Positions 21,023-29,898 of a stretch of DNA of 45,287 bases are shown here, piece after piece (position 1 is the stretch's first letter; every line of letters starts with the position of its first letter). Made by a program: the position numbers and the translations under genes. The DNA is from Myxococcota bacterium (lineage in GTDB: Bacteria > Myxococcota > JACRCW01): positions 1 to 45,287 of the forward strand of contig JBFMGU010000063.1 of the NCBI GenBank assembly GCA_040752415.1, in the 5' to 3' direction. The notes under the pieces were generated by a model. It saw nothing but the letters and a program-made list of their open reading frames with translations. It was not told the origin of the DNA and ran no database searches.

Positions 21023-22433
21023 GTTGTGTCTCCGCCTGAACCGGCAGGCTGAACCAGAAGGCAGAGCCTCGTCCCGGCTCACTCTCAAAACCCACTCTGC
21101 CTCCTAACTGAGTCACGACCTTCTTGGCCAGGTACAGGCCCACGCCCATGCCGCCGCAGTCGTATGGGGTGTCGGTGTGGGCTCGATAGAAGCGGTCGAA
21201 GATCCGGGCCTGCCTGTCCTCGGCAATGCCGACCCCATGGTCCTTGACCGAAACCACTGCCTCACCCGCATCCACGGTGATGGCGATTTCCACGTCGCCA
21301 CCCTGGGGAGAGAACTTCACCGCGTTGTCCAGGAGCCGGATCATGGTCTGGCGGAGGCGTTCCCGGTCGCCCGAGACGACGGCGGGCATGGTGGTCAGGA
21401 GCTTGAGCGAATGCCGTGGCGCCCTTGGAGACACCGTCGTCAAAGCCTCACCGACGATGGCGGCCAGGTCCACGGGCTCCACCCGCATTGCCAGCTGACG
21501 GACGCCGAGCTCGGAGACCATGAGCAAATCCTCCACGATGCGCTCGATCCGGTCGGCACCTCGGTCGATGGCGGCAAGCCGACGCGTGACGTCCGCGGAC
21601 ATTGTCTGGTCGGTGCGCATGAGCGCCTGCGCATAGCCCTTCATGATGGCCACCGGCGTCTTCAACTCGTGGGCCGCCACACCCACGAACTGGTCCTTGA
21701 GTCGTTCGAACTCCATCTGCTCGGTGACGTCCCGGCTGACGGCGACCGCACCCACGATCCTTCCGGCTTCGTCCCGGATGGGAGCGGCGGCATTGCGTGC
21801 ATGGATGTCTCGGCCGTCGGTCGGACGGTGCTGGATGGTGTCAGCGTCGATGACGACTTCTCCGGCCAACGCCCGGGCCAGAGGCAGCTCCTCGTAGACC
21901 ACGGCACTGCCGTCGGGATTGCGAATGCGATACGGCCCGATGAAGTCGCCGAGCGGCTGGGCGGTCGTGTCGTTGTCGGGCAGACCGAACAGGCGCCGGG
22001 CGGCCGGGTTGGCAAGCGCGACCATCCCCTGGGCGTCACTGACGATGACGGCGTCGACAAGGTTGTCGAGGATGGTCCGGAGCCTGACGGCTTGCAGCCG
22101 GTTTGCTTCGGCCAGCGCCCGGGCTTGTTGGATCAGCTCGTCGCGCTGGCGGAAAATGGCGGGGATGCGGCCGACGCCCATCACCATGAGAATGGCGACG
22201 ACCAAGGCCGTGGTCTCGGCGACAGGCCCCCTGACCACCTGCTCCACGCCAGGGCGGACCAGACCCACCATGGTCACAATGCGGCGGCTGGCCATCAGCA
22301 CCATGGCGCTCGCCAGGAGGATCCACGCGGTCCCGCTACCCAGCGACAGACGAATGAGACGCAGCGCCATGACCGCTGCCACGAGCTGCAGCCCAATCGA
22401 AACGACGAGAACGGTCGCGGTATAGGCTTCCAT
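20994..22433 (-). CDS. Membrane PAS-domain sensor histidine kinase
   Basis: About three N-terminal TM helices, PAS (DAVIVSD..G...ANPAA...RDVTE), H-box AHELKTP, LLDNAVKFS, DHGVGI, GMGVGL. Confidence 0.93.
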   Translation of the reverse strand: MEAYTATVLVVSIGLQLVAAVMALRLIRLSLGSGTAWILLASAMVLMASRRIVTMVGLVRPGVEQVVRGPVAETTALVVAILMVMGVGRIPAIFRQRDELIQQARALAEANRLQAVRLRTILDNLVDAVIVSDAQGMVALANPAARRLFGLPDNDTTAQPLGDFIGPYRIRNPDGSAVVYEELPLARALAGEVVIDADTIQHRPTDGRDIHARNAAAPIRDEAGRIVGAVAVSRDVTEQMEFERLKDQFVGVAAHELKTPVAIMKGYAQALMRTDQTMSADVTRRLAAIDRGADRIERIVEDLLMVSELGVRQLAMRVEPVDLAAIVGEALTTVSPRAPRHSLKLLTTMPAVVSGDRERLRQTMIRLLDNAVKFSPQGGDVEIAITVDAGEAVVSVKDHGVGIAEDRQARIFDRFYRAHTDTPYDCGGMGVGLYLAKKVVTQLGGRVGFESEPGRGSAFWFSLPVQAETQRGKGAAGRR

Positions 22434-22776
22434 GATCCATGGGATAACCAGCTCGTGGATGAGAAGTTCTGCGCGGGGCCAGCAGATGGGGCTGACGGCT
22501 GGGTGGCGTGAGCGAAAAGAACGTCGTGAGCTGGCGGAGTCGGTGGTGAGGTGGCTCCACCGGTCCGCTTGGCCCACGCTGGAGGCGCGGAAGGCCATCG
22601 TGGAGCAGCGCTCCCGGTGGCTCGGGGGCTGAACCGGCTCGGAAATCCTGGGGGGCCGGGACGTTGGGGGCCGGGGGGTGTCGCCTTGCCTACACGCAGG
22701 GTTCCGACGCGAAGCCACAATGGACTCCCCACCGGCGACACCCTGGAGATAGGCTGGCCGCCCGGCCGGAGCTCCC

Positions 22777-23469
22777 ATGTCTCGCATCCCGGAAAAGGTG
22801 GGTGGGGTTGATGCTGCCGCGCTGAAGTTGTCCGCGCAGGAGGCGTACCTCTTGATGCTGGTGGATGGTCACGCCAGCAGCGACGACATTGCCGCGGCCA
22901 GCGGGATGTCCGTTTCCGACGTGGACGCGGCGCTGGACCGCCTGGCGGGCGCGGGGGTCATCCGCATCTCGGATGGGCCGCTGACCAAGGTGGCGGTGGG
23001 GCGCATGACCATCCAGCGCATAGCGTTGGGGACCGCGCCCACGGCCGGCTCCGTCGACGACCCGCGGGAGCACCTGGCGCGCGGCCAGGCGGCGCTGGCG
23101 CGAGGCAACCTGGCGGAAGCGCGGGAGCACTACAACCTGGCCTGGATGGCGGACCCCGGCTCCGTCGAGGTGGCGCGTTTCAAGACGGAGATTGAAGCGC
23201 GGGAGAAGGCCGCGGCACCACCCACGCCGCCGCCCACCGCCACTCCCACGTCGTCATCCGGGGGCGGACTGGTCATCCCCGACGCCAACATCTGCAAGAA
23301 CCCCAAGGCGCGCTCGTTCCTGCTGACGGCGATCAAGAAAGCGGGCACGGGTGACTACGGCGGCGCCTTCCGCGACCTGCAGACCGCCACGATGATGGAA
23401 GCCGGCAACACGCGCCTGGCCCAGTTCCGTGACGACGTGGACAAGCTGCGCAAGGCCCAGGCGGGCTGA
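22777..23469 (+). CDS. Hypothetical protein: N-terminal winged-helix-like domain plus TPR-like helices
   Basis: LSAQEAYLL.LVDG..S..DIA..SG.....V...L.RL...GVI pattern, then two TPR-like helical pairs separated by a Pro/Thr linker; GGAG RBS. Confidence 0.75.
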   Translation: MSRIPEKVGGVDAAALKLSAQEAYLLMLVDGHASSDDIAAASGMSVSDVDAALDRLAGAGVIRISDGPLTKVAVGRMTIQRIALGTAPTAGSVDDPREHLARGQAALARGNLAEAREHYNLAWMADPGSVEVARFKTEIEAREKAAAPPTPPPTATPTSSSGGGLVIPDANICKNPKARSFLLTAIKKAGTGDYGGAFRDLQTATMMEAGNTRLAQFRDDVDKLRKAQAG

Positions 23470-23598
23470 GCGCGCGCCGTTGTTCGAATCCCTCCCGAGC
23501 GTACTCCTTCCGCCAACCTCCCGTCGCCGGGTGGTGCGGGGCTGCTGCGGCGCCCAGCTCCCGTCGCTACCACTGACACCTGGCGAAGGGAGGCCGTT

Positions 23599-24297
23599 GT
23601 GAACGAACGCCATGAAGCGCTCCTCCAGCTGGTGGCCAAGAGCGTGGACACCGTGCTGCAGGACCTGGTGGACCTGCGTCGGCGGGCGCGCAAGGGGGAG
23701 AAGGTCACCGTGCCGCTGGTGACGCTGCACCTGCGTGGTGGACGGGACCTCACCGGGTGGATCGTCGACGCGGGCGAGGATCCCCGGCACGGCGCCGCGC
23801 TGGTGTTCCACATTCCCGGGCGGGACTTCCGCAATCCCGACGACGACGCGTGTTACCTCCCGCCCGCCGCGGTGGAGGCCATCACCGTGCACGGCGCGGG
23901 TGGCCACGCGCTGGCCCTGGAGCAGGGGCGGCCCGCGCCCAGCCAACTGGAGCTGGACCAGCGCGCCAACGAGCTTTCCCGACGGGTGAGCCGCGCCGCG
24001 GGGCGGGACGTGGTGTTCTCCGTGGACTGGGATGCCACGCCGGATCACGGCGAGCCGGTCAAGGTCATGGAGGACATCATGCGCATGACCGCCGCGGTGC
24101 TGGAGGACCTCAGCGCGGAGCCGGTGGGTCGCCAGGCGGTGGCCGCCAAGGTGCGCGCGGTGCGTTTTGGACAGGGCCCCAATGCCAGGGTGGCGCTCGA
24201 CGGGGAAACCCTCATGGTCATCGTCCCGGTCAACAGCACGGGTGAGGGACGTCTCAGCAACCTGGACCTGCGACGTGCCGTGGAGTCCCTGCTGTAG
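23599..24297 (+). CDS. Hypothetical protein, possible Sm-like N-terminal domain
   Basis: GTG start after GGAGG, strong GC3 bias; VTLHLRGGRDLTGWIVD...YLP..AVEAITV resembles Sm1/Sm2 spacing. Confidence 0.75.
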   Translation: MNERHEALLQLVAKSVDTVLQDLVDLRRRARKGEKVTVPLVTLHLRGGRDLTGWIVDAGEDPRHGAALVFHIPGRDFRNPDDDACYLPPAAVEAITVHGAGGHALALEQGRPAPSQLELDQRANELSRRVSRAAGRDVVFSVDWDATPDHGEPVKVMEDIMRMTAAVLEDLSAEPVGRQAVAAKVRAVRFGQGPNARVALDGETLMVIVPVNSTGEGRLSNLDLRRAVESLL

Positions 24298-24298
24298 C

Positions 24299-24322
24299 GC
24301 CGCCCGTTGACGCGGGTGGCTT
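24299..24322. terminator. Possible hairpin between convergent genes
   Basis: GCCGCCCG-TTGACG-CGGGTGGC stem (one G-U pair) right after the 24297 stop; only a short T tail. Confidence 0.3.
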
Positions 24323-24394
24323 GCCGCGTTCCTCAGCAACGTCGTCAGCGGCCGTACCCTGGGCGGCGCACCCGGGGTCTTCCGTGGGGTGTGT

Positions 24395-25636
24395 TCACGC
24401 CGCCTCCGCGGCGGGGGCGGCCGACGGCGTCTTTTCTTCACGCGACGCACGCACCGCCACCAACGCGGCCGCCACCACAATCACCGCGCCGGCGAGGAAC
24501 GCCGCACCCGGGACCTTCATGGGCGCCGCGTCCGACGTGAAATAGCCGAAGAGCTGGGTGGCCAGCAGCGGTCCCACCACCGCGGCCATGCTCTGCACGC
24601 CGGTGAGCGCGCCCTGGAGCGCACCCTGCTCGTCGGCGGGAACGCGCCGCGTGACCAGCGACTGCAGGCTGGGCCCCGCAATTCCCGCAAAGCTCATGAA
24701 CACCATGATGGGGTAGAGCATCCATCCCGACGTGGCGAGCCCATAGAGGACAAATGCGGTGGCATTGATGGTGAGCCCGATGAGCAGCGCCAGCCGCTCG
24801 CCAAGCTTTGCCACCGCCTTGCCGGTGAGCCCGCCCTGGACCACGGCGAACATCACGCCAATGGTGGCCAGCGCCATGCCGTTGTCCAGCTCCGTCCACT
24901 GGAAACGGTAGGTGGTGTAGAGCACCCAGGTACTCGGCAGCACGTCGTGGGCAATGCGATCCAGCAGCAGGGTGAACGTCAGGCCGAGCACCACCGGGTA
25001 CTTGCGCAGCGCCTGCAGCGACGACAGCGGGTTGGCACCCTTCCAATCAAAGGGGCGCCGCTGTTCCTTCGCCAGGGACTCGGGCAGCACGAAGAATCCA
25101 TAAAGCGTGTTCAAGAGCGTCAGTCCCGCGGCCACGACAAACGGCGCGCGCAGGCCGTAACCCGCCACCAACCCGCCCAGCGCGGGGCCCAGGATGAACC
25201 CCACCCCGAAACACGCTCCAATGAGCCCGAAGTTGCGCGCGCGCTGTTCGGGCGGACTGACGTCAGCGATGTAAGCATTGGCCGCGGTGATGTTGGCCCC
25301 GGTGATGCCGGCAATCACCCGCCCGATGAAGAGCCATTCCAGCGTGGGCGCCCACGCCAGCAGCGCGTAGTCCAGGCCCGCCCCCAACAACGAGACGAGG
25401 ATGATGGGCCGGCGGCCATAGGCGTCGCTGAGGTTGCCGATGATGGGCGAAAAGAGGAACTGCAGCAGCGCGTAGGAGGCCACAAACCACCCGAACACCG
25501 CCGACCCCGAGCTGAGATCCCCGCCGTGCAGCGAGGTCACGAGCTTGGGCAGCACGGGGATGATCACCCCGATGCCCAGCATGTCGAGGAGGACCGTGAT
25601 GAGGATGAAGGACATGGCGGCATGGCGGCGGGACAT
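24395..25636 (-). CDS. TCR/Tet-family MFS drug:H+ antiporter (TetA-like)
   Basis: About 12 TM helices, [14 protein letters not shown], motif [22 protein letters not shown], motif [15 protein letters not shown]. Confidence 0.94.
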   Translation of the reverse strand: MSRRHAAMSFILITVLLDMLGIGVIIPVLPKLVTSLHGGDLSSGSAVFGWFVASYALLQFLFSPIIGNLSDAYGRRPIILVSLLGAGLDYALLAWAPTLEWLFIGRVIAGITGANITAANAYIADVSPPEQRARNFGLIGACFGVGFILGPALGGLVAGYGLRAPFVVAAGLTLLNTLYGFFVLPESLAKEQRRPFDWKGANPLSSLQALRKYPVVLGLTFTLLLDRIAHDVLPSTWVLYTTYRFQWTELDNGMALATIGVMFAVVQGGLTGKAVAKLGERLALLIGLTINATAFVLYGLATSGWMLYPIMVFMSFAGIAGPSLQSLVTRRVPADEQGALQGALTGVQSMAAVVGPLLATQLFGYFTSDAAPMKVPGAAFLAGAVIVVAAALVAVRASREEKTPSAAPAAEAA

Positions 25637-25996
25637 GACGTGCTCCGTCGGGCAGGGAGGTGCACGTTATCCGGGCCCGTCCGGCCGGGAAAAGACGAGG
25701 GCCCAGAACGGGTGGGCTTCCGTCGTCTCATGCAGCGCGAGCGTGCAAGCGCAGATGGCTGGAGCCCGGAACGGGCTTGTCCGCTTGGCCCCGAGGAGGC
25801 TCCATCGCGACACGGGCTCCACTGCTCCGAGAGTTCCGGGACACGCTGGGTGCGCGCGGCGAATCGGGGTCGCAGCGACCGGCGTACCGGGGGTGACGCC
25901 TGGGGCTGGACAGCAAGACGTCTTCAGCGGTGGCGCAGCCCGTTTACGCCCCGCGGGACGCGGCGGTAGCTTGCCGCGGTCTTCGCGGGGAGCTGC

Positions 25997-26788
25997 GTGA
26001 ACGCGTTGCTGATGTGTGTGCTGTTGGGCCTGGCGCCAGGTGCGGCCGGGAGCCCGGGACGTCCCAGCGTGGCCGTGTCCGAGGTCACCGGTGAAGTGGG
26101 CATCTCGGAGGGCGCGGCCCGCCTGGTCACCGACGAGGTCATCGACGTGGTGCGGCGCTCCGGTGCGTTCTCCCGCGTGTTGACCTCGCGCGACATGGTG
26201 GCGGTGCTGGGCCTGGAAAGACAGCGCCAGCTGTTGGACTGCTCCACGGAGAGCTGCGTGGCCGAGCTGGCCGGGGCCCTTGGCGTGGACTTCATCCTCG
26301 TCGGTACCGTGGGCCGCCTGGGTGAGCTGCACCTGCTCAATCTCCGACTCATCAACGCGCGCAGCGCCGAGGTGGTGGCGGGCGCAACCCATCGCGGTCG
26401 CTCCGAGGATGTGCTGGTGGAAGGGGTGCGTCCCGCCATCCAGCAGCTCCTCCGCGAGGCGGGTCTCATCACCCAGGCGCCGCCGCCCGAGCCGCAGACG
26501 TCGTCGTGGAGCGCCCCGGTGCGCGCGGCCGGTGCGGTGCTGCTGGTGGGCGCGGGCGTGCCGCTGCTGTTCGCGCTGGTGATGGCGGGGGTGGCCGCGG
26601 GCGTCGTCGTGGCGCCCACGCTGGTGGCGCTGCCCACGCCGGAGCCGTTCAAGGGTCCGTACCGCGCGCCATTCTTCCTTGGCACCGGCGCGGGCGTGGG
26701 CCTGCTCTCCGCCACCAGCCTCGTCCTCGCCATGGTGTTCGCGGTGCTGGGCGCGGGTGCGGTGACCGCGGCCACGGTGGCGGGATGA
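25997..26788 (+). CDS. Exported hypothetical protein (TolB-N/CsgG-like alpha/beta domain + C-terminal TM helices)
   Basis: Signal-like N-terminus, LGLERQRQLLDC...C.AELAGALG...G.VGRLG...LNLRLI pattern, hydrophobic C-terminus; stop overlaps the next ATG. Confidence 0.75.
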   Translation: MNALLMCVLLGLAPGAAGSPGRPSVAVSEVTGEVGISEGAARLVTDEVIDVVRRSGAFSRVLTSRDMVAVLGLERQRQLLDCSTESCVAELAGALGVDFILVGTVGRLGELHLLNLRLINARSAEVVAGATHRGRSEDVLVEGVRPAIQQLLREAGLITQAPPPEPQTSSWSAPVRAAGAVLLVGAGVPLLFALVMAGVAAGVVVAPTLVALPTPEPFKGPYRAPFFLGTGAGVGLLSATSLVLAMVFAVLGAGAVTAATVAG

Positions 26789-29118
26789 GGACCCGGCCCG
26801 CAACCCTGCTGCTGTTCGCGCTGGCGACGGGCGCGTGTGGCTACAGCGTCAAGTGCGTCGAGGACGCGGACTGCGTGGCGCCCGCCACCTGTGACCCCGC
26901 CACCAGCGAGTGCCGTGAGCCGCCGGCAGCGAGCAGCTCGTCCTCGTCGGGAACCGGGTCCAGCGCGTCGTCGTCCACTTCGTCGTCGTCGGTGTCGTCG
27001 TCGTCCGCGTCGGCCTCGTCCAGCTCGGGCTCGTCCACTTCGTCGTCGTCGGGGAGCGTGTCGTCCGCGACGTCGTCCTCCTCGTCGTCATCGAGGGTGT
27101 CCAGCAGCTCCAGCAGCGGTGGCGCGCCGACGGTGGAGCCCTACTACGCGGCCGCGCCGGACTGGGGTGACTGGATCGTCCGCGACGCACCTGACGACCT
27201 CACCGCCGGCGGAACGGCGTGCGCCCCCGGCGCGTACGACTGCTTCCACGCCGGCGCCATGCGCGCGGTTCCCATCACCGGAAACTGCACCGGCATCACC
27301 GCCCACGACGATCTCGACGCGCTGGCGTGGACCTGCGTGGACGGCGTTCCCGCGCGCGTGGTGTCCACCGGCTTGCAGCGCGGCCGTCGCCTGGCGGACC
27401 TGCTGGATACCGACGCGCCCGCGTGGCGCACCAACCGCGTGCACGTGGAGCGGAACGGCAGCCCCGTGTTCTCGACGGACGCCGCGACCTGGTGGTTCAC
27501 CCCGGTGCAAACCACCACGGGCGGTTCCATCACCGAGGCGGGCGTGTGGATCTACGAGGAAGGGGCGCCGGTGGCGGTCACCATCGAGACCACCCACGTC
27601 TCCCTGGTGCTGCCCACCACGCCCACGCCGCAGGCCGGAGCGTTTCCCGCCATCCAGAGCGCCCCGGAGTCCTTGGAGCCCTCGGAGTTCCTGTGGCTCG
27701 AGGGGGCTCTCAGCGGTGAAGCCGTCAGCCCGCCCGGCGCGGAGGAGGCCCTGGTGCGGCTCTCCAACGGTTTTGGCGTGCTGCGCCTGCTGGAGGTCAG
27801 CAACAGTGTCCGCGCCTGCGTCCACGTGCGCGACCGGAATGGCTACGTGCTCGAGGATGTGGTGGCGCACGAGTGCGAGGACGGCATCTGGCTGCACTAC
27901 ACGGACCGCCCACGCTGCACGCGCTGCACCGCCTACAACTGCGTCACCGGCGTGGCGATCTCCGGCGTCAACGACGGCACCTTCATTGACACGTTGGTGG
28001 CCAACAACGCAGGCACCGGCGGCGCGGGCGTGGGGCTGACGCTGGTCAATGAGAGTCGGCGCAACGTGATCATCGGGACGCGCGCGTTCAACAACGCCAC
28101 CGGCGTCCACCTCGTCGGCTCGCACGACAACGTCCTGGTGGAGACGTTCTCGACGAACAACGGCGCGGAGAGCAGCGGCGCGGGGCTGTTCCTGTCCGCG
28201 TACTCCACCGGCAACGTGCTGCTGGCCTCCACGCTGGCCAACGGCATCTATTATGGCCTGGACGTGTACACCAGCTCGCGCACCACCATCTCCTCCGTGC
28301 TCGCCCACAACCACGACGGCAGCTCGGTGATGGTCCACGGGGAGGCGGTCCAGCCCACGTCGGAGACCACGGTGGCCGACGTCGCCACCGAGTCGGTGAC
28401 GCTGAGCTTCGCGCATGACGGTCACTTCACGGGTGTGCTGGCCCGACCCGCCTCCGGCATCTGCCAGGTTGCAGACAGTGTCCGCCCGGGGCTGCTCCCG
28501 GATTGCAGCGCGGAGACCAACGTGTCGGACAGCCAGGTCCGCACGCTCTCGTCGGGGTTGGGCACCAGCGTGGTGGGGCCGCAAACGCCCACCCAGCGCA
28601 ACTACGGCAGCGACGTCCCCTGGACCGCTCCCGTCGACGAGCGCGCGTGGGGCCTGGCCGGCGCGGCGGGAAGCGCGCAGGCGCAGGGACGGTGGAGCAC
28701 GGGCGCTGGCCTGCAGTGGGATTGGTCCCTGCGCAGCACCGACAGCCAGGTGCGCAACGCGCTGCCGCCCGAGGACAGCGTGCTGGTCCACCGCTGGAGC
28801 GCCGAGGATGAACCTGCATGTGGCCTCATCCCCGGTGCGCAATGGACGTCGCGCTGCCCGGTCCCGCCCTATCCCGCCACGGATTGCCCCGTTCCCGACG
28901 CGGGAATGGTGCTGGGCTGCTTCAGCGAGCACCACCGGCGCGCGTTGGAGCTGGTGGATGACAACGTGGGCAACAACAACGGCCTGTGCGAGTCCGACGA
29001 GCGTTGCGTGCGCATCACCAACTTTGGTGCGTACCAGGGACACGGCGTGCCGGTGCCCTCGTCGACGGACGGCGGGCCGCCGGTCACGTTCCTGGAGCAT
29101 CCCAGCAACGGGCGCTGA
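26785..29118 (+). CDS. Beta-helix lipoprotein, paralog of 12377-14842
   Basis: Lipobox TGAC, Cys-rich module, poly-Ser linker, CFHAGAMR and C-terminal GNNNGLCESDE.C...FGAYQGHG shared with the paralog; ATG 26785 overlaps the upstream TGA. Confidence 0.85.
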   Translation: MRTRPATLLLFALATGACGYSVKCVEDADCVAPATCDPATSECREPPAASSSSSSGTGSSASSSTSSSSVSSSSASASSSSGSSTSSSSGSVSSATSSSSSSSRVSSSSSSGGAPTVEPYYAAAPDWGDWIVRDAPDDLTAGGTACAPGAYDCFHAGAMRAVPITGNCTGITAHDDLDALAWTCVDGVPARVVSTGLQRGRRLADLLDTDAPAWRTNRVHVERNGSPVFSTDAATWWFTPVQTTTGGSITEAGVWIYEEGAPVAVTIETTHVSLVLPTTPTPQAGAFPAIQSAPESLEPSEFLWLEGALSGEAVSPPGAEEALVRLSNGFGVLRLLEVSNSVRACVHVRDRNGYVLEDVVAHECEDGIWLHYTDRPRCTRCTAYNCVTGVAISGVNDGTFIDTLVANNAGTGGAGVGLTLVNESRRNVIIGTRAFNNATGVHLVGSHDNVLVETFSTNNGAESSGAGLFLSAYSTGNVLLASTLANGIYYGLDVYTSSRTTISSVLAHNHDGSSVMVHGEAVQPTSETTVADVATESVTLSFAHDGHFTGVLARPASGICQVADSVRPGLLPDCSAETNVSDSQVRTLSSGLGTSVVGPQTPTQRNYGSDVPWTAPVDERAWGLAGAAGSAQAQGRWSTGAGLQWDWSLRSTDSQVRNALPPEDSVLVHRWSAEDEPACGLIPGAQWTSRCPVPPYPATDCPVPDAGMVLGCFSEHHRRALELVDDNVGNNNGLCESDERCVRITNFGAYQGHGVPVPSSTDGGPPVTFLEHPSNGR

Positions 29119-29156
29119 AGCGGTGCGACAGGAAGCAGATTCACAGCCCTCGGGAC

Positions 29157-29192
29157 TTGATTCCACCTGTATTCGCGTGCATTGTGTGAACA
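29157..29192 (+). promoter_or_regulatory. Putative sigma70 promoter of leaderless tetR with overlapping operator
   Basis: TTGATT(29157)-17 nt-CATTGT(29180); ATG lies 7 nt after the -10 with no SD; imperfect operator CGTGCA-N5-TGAACA (29176-29192). Confidence 0.6.
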
Positions 29193-29780
29193 TGAAATCG
29201 GCACGGGTGTATCAACAGACCCTGCGCGCGCAGAAGACCGCCGACACCGAAGACCGCATCCTCGAAGAGGCCGAGCGTCTGTTTTCGCGCGAGACGTTTG
29301 ATCGGGTGACGTTGGCCGCCGTCGCGGAGGCGAGTGGTGTGAGCATCCCGACGCTGCAGCGGCGCTTCGGCAACAAGGACGGGTTGTTTGCGGCCGTCGG
29401 TGATCGGGTGCGCGCGCGTCATGGCCCAACGGCAAACGCCGGCGGACAGCGTCGACGGCGCGCTCGACGCCCTGCTCGAGCACTACGAGCTCGAGGGCCG
29501 CATGGTATGGCACCTGTTGAAACAGGAGGAGCACGTCCCGCAGCTGCATCTTGTGGTGGAGAAGGGGCGCCAGATGCACCGGGCGTGGGTCGAGCAGGCT
29601 TTCAAAAAGGTGCTGCAGTCGCGCAGCGGCGAGGCGCGCAGGCAGCAGGTCGACGCGCTCGTCGCTGCGACGGACCTGTACCTGTGGAAGCTGCTGCGCG
29701 TTGATCTCGGACGCTCCAGCGAGCAGGTCAGGCAGATCATGAAATCCATGGCGCACGCCGTGGCCAGAGGAGAGCGTTGA
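29192..29780 (+). pseudogene. TetR/AcrR family regulator, split by a frameshift at ~29410-29420
   Basis: HTH RILEEAERLF...VTLAAVAEASGVSIPTLQRRFGNKDGL in one frame; ligand domain (..ALDALLEHYE...ATDLYLWKLLR.DLGRS) in the next. Adding one CG to the GCGCGCGCG run restores ...VRARVMAQR. Confidence 0.85.
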
Positions 29781-29841
29781 TGGCTTGCCGCCGGCCAGCG
29801 CGCAGTCGCTGCCGCGGCTCCCGTACCTCCACAGGTCGGAG

Positions 29842-29877
29842 TTGACACCGGTGTAATTCGTGTTCATGATGTGAACA
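29842..29877 (+). promoter_or_regulatory. Sigma70-like promoter with perfect palindromic operator TGTTCA-N5-TGAACA
   Basis: TTGACA(29842)-17 nt-CATGAT(29865); palindrome 29861-29877 covers the -10 and +1; AAAGGAG RBS follows. Confidence 0.75.
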
Positions 29878-29898
29878 TAAATATACAAAGGAGCTCCC

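Noticed and set aside
22432..22632. 66 aa + strand ORF between divergent genes
   Set aside because: Overlaps the kinase start, has no RBS and no recognisable motif; may be a remnant but unsupported.
22690..22770. c-di-GMP-I riboswitch-like words (GACGCGAAGCCAC...GATAGGCTGGCCGCC)
   Set aside because: No GGCAAA/GNRA first stem and poor second-stem pairing; would need an Infernal hit to RF01051.
28415..29704. 429 aa ORF containing a TetR HTH in the middle
   Set aside because: Only the part from ATG 29192 to ~29418 is protein-like; the rest is off-frame sequence.
24395..29780. Classical divergent tetA-tetR resistance module
   Set aside because: The genes are 3.5 kb apart with two genes between, and I found no TGTTCA/TGAACA dyad upstream of the MFS gene. 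Tetracycline specificity cannot be inferred.
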